64,000 nt of DNA from Octopus sinensis (lineage: Eukaryota): positions 17,050,001 through 17,114,000 of the forward strand of contig NC_043004.1 of assembly GCF_006345805.1 (NCBI RefSeq), in the 5' to 3' direction. Positions 25,079 to 39,283 of this stretch are shown piece by piece. The translations under genes were made by a program, and so were the position numbers. The notes beneath the pieces were generated by a model. It saw nothing but the letters and a program-made list of their open reading frames with translations. It had not been told where the DNA came from and ran no database searches. How positions within the stretch are numbered: the first letter of the stretch is position 1; each line of letters opens with the position of its first letter.

Positions 25079-28072
25079 CTGATGGTGGGGTGGGCCTCCA
25101 CACAGTTGCCTTCATAATTAGCAGAAAAGCAATTAGTAAAACAGTATTTTGAATATTCTTTTCTATTGCTGGAGATTTTGTAAGTGAATTTAAATAATGT
25201 GACAATAGTGAATCTAAAAGTGACAATACTTTTATTCTATATGTTCAGCTTTTTCAACTACACCTGTATATGATAAAAAAAAATCTTATCACGTTATAGA
25301 AGCTAAAAATAGTCTCAGACTTTTTTCTATCTTCCATCAATATCTATCTTAATGGAACATTTTCCCTTATTTATCACTAGTTTCCACAATTCCGAAAGAA
25401 ATAATCCAGATATGCTCCGAGAGTCTTAAAACTCTGTATCACTTCAACGAAGCACACGTTTTCTGAACATCGGTGGTTTTCAAGAAAATTATTCTCCTCT
25501 GATATGAAGGACTGCCATGCTTTCCTCTCTTTCTCTCATTAATCTTAAGAACTATTCATCCTTCATTAGGCTTCTAATCTGATGGCCAACAAAATGCCTG
25601 CATGCAATTTTGCATTACTGACCTATGGAAATTTCTGTTTTGAAAACATGCGGGTCTTGCTTTATTAATGGCCTTGACGGCAATATCAACGGATCAGTTA
25701 TAATCGATCCGTCGTTATATGCTGTGATGAAGTGATAGATTTGACAGGAAATTTCAATTCAGTACTTCAAAAGAGATGGCTCGAAAGCGAGCAGGTTCAG
25801 AGGAAGGTTCTTATGCTAGACGAGGTTCAGGACTTTCTCCATATAAAATGATATAACACTATTTTTCAAAGGTATTTACAGGCGCAAGTGATGAGTTGTG
25901 CGTGTCCTTAGAAAGCGGGTTCCAGGTCGATTTCATTGTATGAAATGTGTAAAAGTGACTATTGTTTTAGGAAAGAGACTGCAAGTGATATGATACGCTA
26001 ACTCTAACAAATGTGAAATTATGCGCAGTTGTCTTTCACTTGTTCTTTACATCAGTTCAGCCCTGATCTAAAACAGAAGAATGATCGAAAACATTCTAGC
26101 TATGATCTCTTATTTCTTTATAGTCATAATGTTTCTAGGGCTGTATAATCTAATGGGGGTTTTTTCCTTAGTGTCAGTTGCTATTTCTAGCAAAATGATT
26201 GACTATCAGAGGTTCCCTTTACCACGAAAGCTCTGTTGATTGGAGAATACTTTATATGTGATTCCTTCTGAGTATTGTAGTGTGTTTTATTTTATTTCAT
26301 TTTCGTGTGACTTTGCCCCTTTCGTTTTCGTGAGTACTGCGGCCACACTAGTCTTTGGTCTAACAAAATTTAGTTCCTTTGCCAATAAGATGTGTAAGAA
26401 TACAGAGCGAGAAACCTTGTCATTTCATTACTTAGATGTCTGATGGGAGAGGTTGAAACATATTTTCTCTCCATATTAGGCAGTACAGAATCGGTAGTGG
26501 ACTAACCAATTAGTTTACTTTAAATTCTAACCACTATCACATTGCTTAGCTGTCCCCCCGCTTCCTCTCACTAAATTATCTTCCTTCACACCTCCCACAT
26601 CTCTCAATCGTTACTATTACCTCTTCATTCATACCTTGACCTCTACAAAATACCCTATTCATTCCTTCTCCAATTGTGTCAACCATTACTTGAAGACACT
26701 CAGCTGAATTATCATTGTCCAAATCGTCAAGTTTTCTATTCCACACAACAACCGAACTTAGGGACACTTCATAAGCTCCACTGGCTCTATCTGTTATAGG
26801 GAGATGTCTTGATAACAAAGCGTATATATGATCTTACAGGGCCATATACGGTAACGTCAGCGAATATATATTGAAATAACTACCTACATATCATATTTAT
26901 TGAATACATACTATCAATATGCCACTTAGTGCAGTATTTGTTCAGAGATAACATCTTAAAGATTTGCTGTATTAAAAACACAATATTAGAGAGAGAGCTA
27001 GTGTGAGGGAAATTCGTCCCAGCAGTGACCAGCGAGAGCACTGGATATATTTCACTCCTTGGAGCTTTTTCAGTGGCGCGTACTCGCAACCATCTCCATA
27101 CTTAGACGATATAGGAAAACGTAAATAAAAATTTCACAGTTGCTATTAGACGCTTGTCTTTGTAATATTCATTGTACTTTTAATGCATCGACTCCATAAG
27201 AGATGCTATCACAAGACAAATACAGCAGCATCTGAACCTTCGACAGTTTGTGTATACATTAAATGTGATATGTAGGTGACTATTTTAATTAAATGCCGTC
27301 TCAATCGCCTATACCGGAATACATATTGACTTTGTTGTTGAGAGTGAGGGTTAGTCAAGCATAATAGATTAAAAGTGAATGATGAAATTTAATGTTGTAA
27401 ACGTGCAGAATTTCAAACATATCAGGACTCTAAATGATCAGATTTCATATGGGGTGGTGATTGAAAGAGCTAAAATGAAATGTGCATAATGATGTACACG
27501 AAGGTCAATAACTTTCGAAAAGGAGCAGACATGATATAATTGCCCGCAATGCGCCATAGATCATTGAACGGAGTGGATGGAGAAACTTCTGAAAATGATA
27601 GAAGCAGAAAATAAAAAGAGGAATAAGAAAGTCTTTCAATAAACTAACTAGATGTCGCTGTTGCTGTTGCTAACTTCCAGGTAAATAAAATGAGATGTGG
27701 AGATGCTGTATTCACCGCAACTACAGTTAGCAAGGTTTTGAGAGAGAATAGTAAGAGTGGCTTATTTATCTTAATACTACTTAACGTCATTTCGTCTTTC
27801 CTAATAAAACGAAATATTTCAGACGGCTTACGCGACTTACAGCAAAAAGACAGCAGCTGCCATGTTTCTCATGTACATCTGCGAAGTGTTAAAATGTTGT
27901 TAAGGTTATAACGTAATGATGACAGAGTAAATATGATGTCATTCTGCTTGGTCGTTGTATAAAACATAATTACCAATGGCTTATGTTATACAGATAGAGA
28001 GAGGGGGAGCGGAGGGGCAGAGAAAGACAGGCAGCTTGGTAGAATTAACAAGATAAATATAACTCAAAAGAA

Positions 28073-28150
<78 letters not shown>

Positions 28151-28152
28151 TA

Positions 28153-28390
28153 CGGGGCTGGCCAAAAGTCACCCAAAGGTAAATCAAAATTCCATAAACA
28201 TCGTATATTCAATTTTATCTATTATTTCCAATTATGAATGTTTAATAATTGAATGCTGTGAATTAAAATCATCTTCTTTTTTCAACATTTGTTTATTTAT
28301 TAGCGAAGTGTCATATAAAATAATTTTTTGCTTTAATCTTGGAATTGGATGGGTTTTAATTTACTGGCAGGTGACTTTTAGCCAACCATG
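28153..28390. mobile_element. 238-bp Tc1/mariner-type MITE in (TA)n
   Basis: TA|CGGGGCTGGCCAAAAGTCACC ... GGTGACTTTTAGCCAACCATG|TA; 21-bp TIRs with 4 mismatches. Confidence 0.8.
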
Positions 28391-28398
28391 TAAATATA

Positions 28399-28442
<44 letters not shown>

Positions 28443-28689
28443 TATATATATATAATTTCTTTTCTATTTTTAATTAGCAGACGTTACAGAATGACTCAAG
28501 TTCCTACAGTTTCGTGCATGGCACATACCAAACTGTTTAACAGGGTCCATGAACGAAAAAATTAAACCCTTGAATCACTTTGCAATTTCTGCCGATTAAA
28601 ATACAAAAATACATATACAAGCGTATGTGTATAAATCATAATATCTGATAGGTGTCACATGCGAAACACATACACGCGCCTCACATATT

Positions 28690-28692
<3 letters not shown>

Positions 28693-28759
<67 letters not shown>

Positions 28760-28831
28760 GATATATTTATATGTATATATATATATATTATATATATATT
28801 ATATATATATATATATTATATATATATTATA

Positions 28832-28893
<62 letters not shown>

Positions 28894-29413
28894 TATATTA
28901 TAGTATATTATATATATATACATATATATCTTGCATAAACTTATCCAAGTACAGACAGAATGTTTATTGTTCAATTATTTTCAGTAAATGGGTTCATATT
29001 TTTATAGCAGAAGGTGAAATATTGAAGCAAAGATATTTGCAGACATTTATTTATTCTACTAAACGTTAGAAGTAAAAGTTTTAACGAGAAAGGAATGAGA
29101 TTTGTAATGTGCTGTAATGTTATGTAGCTATTGTTTCACATTTATGTGTAGAGAGATAGTGAGAGTTGTGTCTTTCTATGTGTGTATGCGGGGGGTCTGT
29201 ATGTATATGTATGTATGTATGTATGTATATGTATATATGTATATATATTGATAGATAGATAGAGAGTGACAGACAGACACAGAGAGAGAGAAACAGGCAC
29301 AGACAACCGTACATGTAGAAAGACAGATACACAGACAGACAGACAGACTGACTGACTGACAAAGAGATAGACACACGGAGAGACAGACAGACGGACGCAC
29401 GGACGGACGGACG

Positions 29414-29444
<31 letters not shown>

Positions 29445-29448
29445 TGAC

Positions 29449-29515
<67 letters not shown>

Positions 29516-29608
29516 CAGAAAGACAGATCGACAGATAGACTGACAAACAGACAGACACACGGATAGACGGATAAAATGATAAACAAGTGGACAAACGGTA
29601 AACTAGGC

Positions 29609-29685
<77 letters not shown>

Positions 29686-29700
29686 AACAAGCAAGTGATG
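28693..29700. repeat. (TA)n plus compound (TATG)/(GACA)/(GATA) microsatellites
   Basis: Directly visible, with unique sequence at ~28930-29200. Confidence 0.9.
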
Positions 29701-30225
29701 AGTATATATCCTAACCTGTGCAAACGAATTACGTACGAGTTAGGAATGATCATTAATTCTGAAGGAGAAGGCTTGATTGATAGAAACCATACACCTCTTA
29801 CATAACAGTAATATTATATCCATATATAGTATTGTGTTTTCTGTATAAAAATATACTTTTCCGTTATTTAACTTGCTACTTAAACTCCTCCAAGTTAAAG
29901 CACAGTAATAGAGATTGCATATATCGTATTTAGTAGGCTCTGGGTTGTATCACTTTTCTTTCTGTCCCCACTTAAGATGTGATTGTGTGTGTGTATGTGT
30001 GCGTATATATTCGTGTACGTGCGCACGTGTGTGTGCTTGTGCGTGCTCGTGTGTGTGTGTGTGTGTGTGTGTATTTGCGTGTTGCAAAATATATAATTTC
30101 ATAATCATCTGAATATGACAATCGAAAATATCTCAATTATACTTTAGATATTTTCGCAAATTTTCTTGGTAGTTTATTGATAGCACAGAAAATACATCAT
30201 ATTCAAGTCGAAATCATCATCACCT

Positions 30226-30226
<1 letters not shown>

Positions 30227-30322
<96 letters not shown>

Positions 30323-30386
30323 TAGCAGTAGTAGTAGCAGCAGCAGCAGTAGCAGCAGCACCATTAGTAGTAGTAGTAGCAGCAGT

Positions 30387-30436
<50 letters not shown>

Positions 30437-30495
30437 CAGTTGTTGTTGTAGTAGTAGTAGTAGTAGAAGTAGTAGTTGTAGTAGTAGTAGTAGTT
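30227..30495. repeat. Compound (TAG)n/(CAG)n trinucleotide repeat
   Basis: Directly visible; explains the poly-S/T/L ORFs. Confidence 0.95.
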
Positions 30496-30739
30496 GTCTT
30501 GTTCTTGTTCTTCCTAACATAGCACAAGCCCACAAAATGACTCGAGGTAGGTCGACTACTCCCCAATACGTAGCTGGTATTTTAGTTTATCGCCCTCGAA
30601 GAGATGAAAGGTGCCTGTAATTTTTTCGTACAAAGCTGTCACATCAACTTACCGAATGGGTTAAATTGTTCCACTTTCTTTTCACACAGTCAGTATCTCC
30701 GGTTGTCAGAAGTTTCGAAGATGTTATGCTTCACCGAAT

Positions 30740-31000
30740 TGGGGAAAGCAACGATATTCTGGGATTATTTGTTTCTGACTGATAGGGCAATAGAGCATCG
30801 CCCTCCGGATATGGCCGTATTGAACAAGAAAGACAAATACTCTTAGATCATTGACGTAGTCATAGAAAATGGCGAGAATGTGAGGAGTAAAAATTTGCAA
30901 AAAAGCCACCAATTGAAAATGGGGGTGACAAGACTGTTTGGAATGCGAGAGATTACAGTAAAAGTGAAACCAATTGGAATCGGGACTTTAGGGTCTAAAA
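30740..31000 (+). pseudogene. RLE endonuclease remnant of an R4-clade LINE
   Basis: GKATIFWDYLFLTDRAIEHRPPDMAVLNKKDKYS*IIDVV...VKPIGIGTLG (PD..D motif). Confidence 0.7.
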
Positions 31001-31118
31001 AGAAGAGTAGCATTGTTATCAAGTGAACGATACTTCTGCATCTAGTATGCCTTCCACAGGTTCAAAAAAGTAGATGCCGAAATATCGTTCACTTGGTAAC
31101 AATGGCACTCTTCTTTTT
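30997..31118. repeat. Foldback: 48-bp inverted arms with a 26-nt loop
   Basis: 30997-31044 vs reverse complement of 31071-31118, 43 of 48 identical by manual comparison. Confidence 0.9.
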
Positions 31119-31130
31119 TTTTACTACTAC

Positions 31131-31279
<149 letters not shown>

Positions 31280-31491
31280 GAACACAATCCACCTCCAGTG
31301 CTTGAAAATGACCACATCTCACTCCTCTGGAACTTCACCATTCAAACTGACAGAAAGATAGATGCAAATAGGCCAGACATCATATTGAAAGACTTCAGAC
31401 AAAGAACATGCCTCCTCATTGAAATGACTGTCCCAATCGATATAAACGTATCTGTCACGACCTACCAAAAACTGAGCAAATATATAGATCT
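31280..31491 (+). pseudogene. R4-clade RLE fragment flanked by (AAT)n on both sides
   Basis: EHNPPPVLENDHISLLWNFTIQTDRKIDANRPDIILKDFRQRTCLLIEMTVPIDINVSVTTYQKLSKYIDL. Confidence 0.85.
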
Positions 31492-31493
31492 AA

Positions 31494-31526
<33 letters not shown>

Positions 31527-31538
31527 CAATAATAGTTT

Positions 31539-31960
31539 GTTCAGTGGCGGCTGTGTGAAAAGTATGGTCTGAATGGAGCGCGGAAATGGTACGAACATGA
31601 ACCAGAAGGGGTCACCGAAAACAATGAATATAAGATAGTATGGGATTTTACAATCAAATGTGACTCCCTAATCGATGCTCGGAAACCAGATATTGTTGTG
31701 GTAGATAAAGGGAAAAAGGAAAGCAAGTGACAAAGAACTAGAAGAGATGGAAAGGTAAAGACTACTAAAAGATGAAATTGCAACAATGTAGACAATGAGA
31801 AGAGTTGTCTGTCATCTCAGTAGCTGTAGTGACACTCGGAGCACTAACAACCAAATTCGAGAAATATGTCAGAGAAATCGGAATTGACAGGAAAGCAAAG
31901 TCAACCCCAAAAACTGCTGGGGACAGCCAGGATTTTGAGAATGGTACTTGGTTGTTGAAT
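31539..31960 (+). pseudogene. R4-clade RLE / 3' end fragment (another subfamily)
   Basis: VQWRLCEKYGLNGARKWYEHEPEGVTENNEYKIVWDFTIKCDSLIDARKPDIVVVDK ... LLGTARILRMVLGC*. Confidence 0.85.
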
Positions 31961-32033
31961 GTCCTCCACGATCATTAACAACCAATTATCAAAGACTGCA
32001 CGGCGTTGCTTGGGATTAAAACGGTATAGTTAG

Positions 32034-32080
<47 letters not shown>

Positions 32081-32770
32081 CAGTTATGTTGAAACAAGTG
32101 ATACGAGAAAATGCAGCATTGACGACAAAACATTTATGGAGTAAATGATGGTCTAATTCGACTAAGCGATATGTTATACATCCGTTTGGCGGATTCTATG
32201 CCCTAACCTGTCATGGAAAACTGGAAGTGAGAGGGATATGTAATTTTTGAACCCGCCGACAATCTCTCAGCGGATATACTCGCCTTTGACGCGGTCAGCG
32301 CCCTGTCTAACACGACCCATCGTATGGTTGACAGTCAAATGAATGGAGGTGTAATGGAGATATTGTACATAAATGGGTACATTCCGGAAATAGGCTGCAA
32401 TGGGAGACGGCAACGAGCAAGTGAACAGTTGAAATGTTGTAGAAGGTGAAGGGCTGACATAGGATTGTTGGTGTGGCTGTAGAATAAGAAACATAAAGTG
32501 AGCCTATGCAGTCACTTAAGAATATGTAGTAATGAATTACTTGAGAAAATAAGGCATAATGGCCTACCGCGTGGTATGTATATAGTATGTCTGTATTTTT
32601 TTTATGCAGTGTAAATAGAAGCACATGTAAGGAACTGCTAATTTAACGGTAAATGTCACAATAATTATTACAGAAAGACAAATATATATATATAGGATAA
32701 ATTTCTTAATGTAAGGGAAAATATGTAATTATAAATACCTTGCAATTGTGTATATGTGTGAGTGTTTAAT

Positions 32771-34430
32771 AACGTACGTAACGCGGAAACATAAACACTC
32801 ACAGACACATACACACTCATACACTCACAGACCCATATACATCCATATACAAAATGTGACATCGTCGTCGTCATTGTGGTATTAAATGTTCTTGACATAC
32901 ACTCGCATGCACATACTAAGACAGCCACATAGACATTCACGCATATCAGTCGTTACATATATATATGTATGTAGATATATGTGTGTATATCTAGTAACGT
33001 ACCTAACGCGGAAACACACACTATGAGACATATACACACACATACACTAACACACATTCATTCAAAGACAGATACACAGTTATATACAAAATATGATACC
33101 GTTGTCGTCGTGGTATAAAATGTCCTGTTGACAATAGAAAGATTGTCTCTATAACATGTTACATTGTTTTAATCGAAATGAAAAAAATGGAAATGAAAAT
33201 ATAATTTTGTATTGACGCTAACCAACCTTCGCATATATATAATATACTTAATAACGTACCTCACGCGAAAAGACACATTCGCACACTGTGAGACATATAC
33301 ACACTGATACACTCACACACATACATTCACAGATAAATACACAGTCATATACAAAATGTGACGTTTTGTCCTCGTCATTCGTCACATATGTATATGTATG
33401 TGTAGATGTGTGCGTTCATTAACGTACCTAACGCGGAAAAACACACACTATGAGGCATATACACACTCAAACTTACACACATATACTCACAGACAAATAC
33501 ATAGTCTTATAAAAATGTGATGTCGTTGTCGTCGTGGTACAAAATGTCCTGTTGACAATAGAAAGATTGCAGCGTAGAAAATGTTTGTAAGCTATTGAAG
33601 AATATACAAAAACCGTTAGTTTCACTCCAACATTTCAATTTCATACGTGTAAAAATATTTTCATCACTTTGAAAGCGCAGCCTGTTCACAGACAAAACTC
33701 CGTGCTGTGTCTGAGAAAGTAACAGTCAGTTCATGATGTATATGTGTGTGTATGTATGTATGTATGCATGTATGTATATAAATGTGTAAATGCGCATGCA
33801 TATACGCATAAACGTATGTGATATATGTCATTATTCAGTTTATTCCAAGATTTCTTGCCAATAGAGAAAGAACCGGTTTCTAACTTAGATCCAAGGCTCC
33901 TGTATGTATGTATGTATGTATGTATGTATGTATGTATGTATGTATGTATGTATGTATGTATGTATGCATGCATGCATGTATGTATGTATGTATGCATGTA
34001 TGAATGTATATATGTATGTATGTATCTATATGTGTGAGCATTTACGTATATAAATATGTAGACGTGTCTGCGTGTGTGTATATGTGTATTTACATATAAA
34101 TATATACTTATGTACTGTGTGTTCATGTTGTATATATAACTGTTACTCTGTCGAAGGTTGTATATATATATATAAGTTCCAAGCACACGATCTCGGATCA
34201 AGTCACTTACGATGCAACTACATTTCCGTAAAAAGGAAGATTATCTCTGTGAAATGTTATATTGTTTTAATCGAAATGAAAATAAAATTTTGTACTGACA
34301 CTGACCAGCCCTCACATACATATAGTGTGTTCGATAATGTACCTAACGCGGAAAGACACACAGACTGTGAGACATATACGCACTCGTACACTCACCCACA
34401 TACATTCACAAACAGATACACAGTCCAATA
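32771..34430 (+). repeat. Degenerate repeat, 5 copies anchored by AACGTACCTAACGCGGAAA
   Basis: Anchor at ~32771, 32996, 33253, 33421 and 34336, each followed by CA-rich sequence and AAAATGTGA. Confidence 0.8.
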
Positions 34431-34686
34431 AAAAATGTGGTTAGAATTAAAAGTAAAAGTATGAAAGTGAAACAATATATCACATTACAATATAGATGTT
34501 ATTCTTCCCCTTTTATTTTTCGAGTTTTGAGACGTAATACGAAACCAGGGCCAATGTTGCATTGCTTTAATCCCCAAAATTATATGTTGACACTCATGGG
34601 TTGTGATAGTACTACAATGTAAAATTTGATTTGATTTGGTTGAGCCGTTTGAGAATGCATTGGAAACAGAGACAAAGGGTTTACAT

Positions 34687-34743
<57 letters not shown>

Positions 34744-34842
34744 GAGATTATGATATGCGTAAAGTGACCCTGTGAGACCTCTCACAACAGGGTGCCGTTT
34801 GCTCTCACAGAACCAACCAGAGCAAACAAGACTGAGCGCTCT

Positions 34843-36109
34843 GATCGTCTTTACCTACCCACATCTCAAGGCGGTCGAGGCTTGATCCAATTTGAAATCT
34901 CTTACAAAGCCACCGGGATTGGACTGGCAAAATATCTTGAAGCATCAAACGACTAGATGCTAAAGCTCGTTGGAAACCATGAAAAACGTAAGAAGTTTCA
35001 TTCTGTTTGAAAACCATGAAAGACATAAGAAGCTTCGTTCTATTAAGAAAGAGAACAAAACATTTCAAGTGAGTTTGTGCATAATACCCAGGTTGAACAG
35101 CATGATGGAACTGCGGCAACTGCAGCTGCAAAGAAGGCGAAATCGGTAACAAAGCAAACAGGTGAAATCAATAACAAAGATAACAGGTGGAAACAAAAAC
35201 CTCTGCATGACAAATATTGTAGCCCGTAGCAAACAAGCTGATTTAGACCAGAAGCAAACTCATCTGTGGCTACGGAGCTCAGTGCTAATGGCAGAGAGTG
35301 AAGGCTTTATATTGGCTGCCGAAAATCAGAGATTATTGACCTGGAACTATCAAGCCAATGTAATGAAAAACGGTGTGGACCCAAAGTGCCGATACTGCAA
35401 CGAAGGGATTGAAACAGTGAATCACACTTAATCTCTGGGTAAAAGGTTTTAGCATCTACAGAGTCCAAATCAAGACATGACAGAGTTAGCCAATATCTAC
35501 ATCGGATAATGTGTCGGCATTATAAAATCAAAACTGCTGACAAATAATACAAGCACCACCCTGGTGCTGTAACTGAGGGAGAAACTATAACTATTCTTTG
35601 AGACTTTCCAGTATGTACAGACCTGACAGTCAAGGCAAATAAGCCAGATATTGTTGTGAATGACCATGAGCATAACCTGTGACCATAATATCTCGGCAAA
35701 AGAATATATAAAGATTTGCTGATCGAAATCGAAAAGATGCGGCATCTTAAGGTGGTTACAATACCAGTGATTTTAAGAAAAGTTGGAATGATCAGAAACG
35801 GAACTGAATATTATTAAGAATGATACCTGGCTTAACATCCATGGAAGAAGTGCAAAATTTTGTCTTAACTGGTACGTTACACATACTGAGAGGAGCATTG
35901 TCGTTGCGAATTTTCTTTCTCTTTTTTCCCCTTTATTTACTTTGTTTACTGTCTTTATTTTTTATTTTTTCCTTTTTCTCTTTGTCTTCCTTCCCCTTTT
36001 TATCTAACACATGGCTTTGTAAATGAACAATCTGGTATGTTTATATTAATGGCCTAACAATGTATACAGTGCGTATGTCTGCCCTAGATATCAGGAAGCA
36101 CTTGGCAAG
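34843..36109 (+). mobile_element. 5'-truncated, decayed R4/Dong-clade LINE (same family as the 51-55 kb copy) ending in (GAA)n
   Basis: DRLYLPTSQGGRGLIQF, KCRYCNEGIETVNH (CCHC), KPDIVV, TGTLHILRGALS, and the shared 3' UTR AATGGCCTA...GCCCTAG...GGCAAGA. Confidence 0.9.
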
Positions 36110-36151
36110 AAGAAGAAGAAGAAGAAGAAGAAGAAGAAGAAGAAGAAGAAG

Positions 36152-36182
<31 letters not shown>

Positions 36183-36219
36183 GACGAAACAATGTGGTTT
36201 ATTGAAAGAATGTAGTTTA

Positions 36220-36500
36220 ATGAAAGAATGCAGTTTGGGGTAAATACATGTGCAGTGTTAATTATAAAGAGAGGCTGGAAGGTAAGTTCTGATGGCATAA
36301 AATTACCACAAGACAACATCATTAGATCACTATGAAATAAAGAGGCGCGCAAATATCTAAGAGTACTGCAAGACGATAAGATAATGGAAGAGGGCATGAA
36401 AAAGTAACTAAAGAGTACAAGAGGAGAATTAGGATGAGGTTCGAAAGAAAATTAAATGGAGAAAATATCATTAAAGTTATAACTACATGGTCGCAGTCCA
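36220..36500 (+). pseudogene. R4-clade RT C-terminal remnant directly after (GAA)n
   Basis: MQFGVNTCAVLIIKRGWKVSSDGIKLP...KYLRVLQDD...KEYKRRIR...KLNGENIIKVITTW parallels MEFGLEKCAK...KYLG...ELNARNKVLAINS of the full copy. Confidence 0.7.
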
Positions 36501-37008
36501 ATGATTGAAGCAAGTAAATGATAAAATATATAAACAGTATGTCGTCACAAAGGACAACTATTCTAAATTGTTGTCTAGCTTTGTTTTTGAATTTAAATAA
36601 AAAATCTAATCAAGTATATATCATTTATTAAATTAATATTTTTCGTTCAATTTCACCTATTAATTTAAGTTCAACTTTATAATAATCCAAATACTAATTT
36701 GACATTTCTTCTTTAACCTTAGTTTGACAAGAACATAAATATTTCTCATTTTTTGTTTAACGATTTTTAAAGTTTAAGAGTTATATATACTTAGTATTTC
36801 TTTTAGTTTTGAAACTTTTCTTCAGAAAACCAAAGTTTCTGCAACTCAGCTGTTTTTTTCCTTCCATCTCAACCAATTTACATTTCTATATATCTGCATA
36901 ACTCAACCAAACAGCTTTGCTCTTCAAAAATTCAATTTTCTCTCAATGTCATTTCTACTTCAATTTTAATGACGTTGTTGCCGCATCTCACAGTAATATT
37001 GTCTGTTA

Positions 37009-37348
37009 TCTTTTACTTGTTTCAGTCATTTGACCGAGGCCATACTGGGGCAAATCGACCTTAGGAGTTAAATCTTTTAAGCCTGGTACTTATTCTATCG
37101 GTGTCTTATTGCCAAACCGCTAAGTTACGGGGACATAATCAAAACTAACACCCGTTGTCAGTGGGGGACAATCAAACACACACACCTATAACGACTGGCT
37201 TCTTTAAGTTTCTGTCTACCGAACCCACTCACAAGGCTTTGGTCTGTTCGAGGCTATAGTAGAAAACACCTACCCAAGGTGCCATGCAGTGGGACTGAAC
37301 CTGGAACTATGTGGTTGAGAAGCACACTTCTTGTCACACAGCCACATC
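37009..37348 (-). mobile_element. CORE-type SINE, near full length
   Basis: Colinear with 13714-14136, with deletions. Confidence 0.85.
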
Positions 37349-37697
37349 CATCCTTAGATAATTTCTTAATGTTTTTTTTTTCTCAAGCCCAAGAATGCAA
37401 AAGGCCGATTACTCGGTTTCCAAGGTGTATACGAGACCGAGATCACAACATTCCCCACAACGAGCCCCATCCGTGACAGGTTTCAAGGATCGAAATTTTG
37501 AGGAGAAGGGGCACGTTAACTGCATCGATCCCCATACTTGACTGGTACTTCATGTTATCGACTCTGAAGAGATGAAAGGTAAATTCTGACTTTGGCTGAA
37601 TTGAACTCAGAGCATAAGAAGCCGTAAGAAATTCCGTTGAGCATGTAATGCAAGAAATGAGAAATGTGTCATTGGTTTAGCAAGTAGTAATTAAAAG

Positions 37698-37912
37698 TAT
37701 TGGTTTCAAATTTTGGCACAAGGCCAGCAATTCCGAGGAAGGGATAAGTCGACTACATTGACCCCAGTGTTCAACTGGTACTTATTTTATCGACCCCGAA
37801 ATGAGGAAAGGTAAAGTCGACCTCGGCGGAATTTGAACTCAGAACGCAAAGACGGACGAAATGCCGCTAAGCATTTTGTCCGGCGTGCTAACGATTCTGC
37901 CTGCTCGCCGCC
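37698..37912 (-). mobile_element. Nin/Deu-like SINE, full length
   Basis: Head GATTCTGCCTGCTCGCCGCC, core ATCGACCCCGAAA, tail TATTGGTTTCAAATTTTGGCAC. A more decayed copy lies at ~37480-37650. Confidence 0.9.
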
Positions 37913-37991
37913 TTAATGAATATAATTATTATGCATGTCAAAGCATAGTTTAAGTGAGTACAATACTGTGACGTTTTGTCTTTAGAGTCCG

Positions 37992-38317
37992 CGGCACTCC
38001 GTCGGTTTCGACGATGAGGGTTCCAGTTGATTCGATCAACGGAACAGCCTGCTCGTGAAATTAACGTGCAAGTGGCTGAACACTCCACAGACAAGCGTAC
38101 CCGTATTGTAGTTCTCAGGGACATTCAGCGTGACACAGGATGTGATAAGGCTAGCCCTTTCGAAACATAAGTACTACTCATGTTTGCCAGTTGAGTGGAC
38201 TGCACCAGCGTGAAATAAAGTATCTTGCTCATGGACACAGCGTGCCGCTGGGGATCAAAATCACGACCTTACCATCGCGAGCTGAATACCCCCTAATCAC
38301 TAACCACGTGCCTTCAC
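37992..38317 (-). mobile_element. Third tRNA-derived SINE family
   Basis: GGCACTCCGTCGG...TTCCAGTTGATTCGATCAAC tail and GAAATAAAGTATCTTGCTCA; homologous to 62249-62537 and 56612-56745. Confidence 0.8.
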
Positions 38318-39283
38318 ATGTCTTGATAGTATTTTAAAGTAAAACACTGTTTTAACATGTGGTGCATTTGCTTGCAATATATGACTAATTCACAATAGGC
38401 AAGTTCATACTGGTATTGTTCTAAATATATACTTATGTGTTGATGATGTCTACTTCTCGCATCTCACATCCATCGCATAAACTTGCTATCAGATTCTATT
38501 TAAACAGAGTGAGAAACTCAATAAAGGTACAAACAGTTAACTTCTTTTTTTTTTTTTGTCTTATTTGGACCTTCAGATTATACTGGAGTTTGGGGTGGGG
38601 CAACGTCGGGAATTTCGGCATGCTTTAAGCATTATTTTGACCTAGCGGAACCCATCCCTCCCAAGGTCTGTCCACAGCCAATTTCTTCCAAAAAGAGGCA
38701 CAGACAAGCAAGAAAAGTGAGAGAAAGATAAGAATCGTTATCAGCACCCGGTTAGTACTTTATTTATTTATCCCAAAAGGATGAAAAGTAAAGTTGATCT
38801 TGGAAGAATTTAAACACAGAAGCTACGATTACGGCAAAGCACTCTAATTGACTCTGACAATTGGCTGTCTATAAGCAGATAACTATTAGATTTTAAATGA
38901 TACAGACATTTTAACTTACCTTACAATGTATACTGATGTAAATTATTTCTCACGAAAGTGATTCTTTAAAACGTATGTCACAAATTAACTCCCTTGCATG
39001 AAGAGATGCAAACGTTAGGTTTACTTTATTTTATGTTGGACAAAATCATCTTACAGATCCGATTTCATCTTTTAGTTAAGAGCGTCTCTTAGTACCCATG
39101 GATCTTCATAGAGACTCGGAGACTGGTGAGATGGCTGGGTAAGTTATCCTTATGGCAGAGACTTGACTGGAAATCTTGCAACTGTATGAATTCCACACAA
39201 AGTGCCGGATGAAGGTTTTATACCGGGTAACAGCCTTAAAACTATCATTTAAATGGGCCACCAATGGCGTTTTAAGGACCTCC

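Noticed and set aside
26576-26818. 80-aa minus-strand ORF with VVVWNRKL, vaguely like a CR1/L2 C-terminus
   Set aside because: Too little motif support to assign.
38920-39000. Strong minus-strand donor AAG|GTAAGT with an upstream acceptor
   Set aside because: All frames tested contain stops; at most a non-coding exon.
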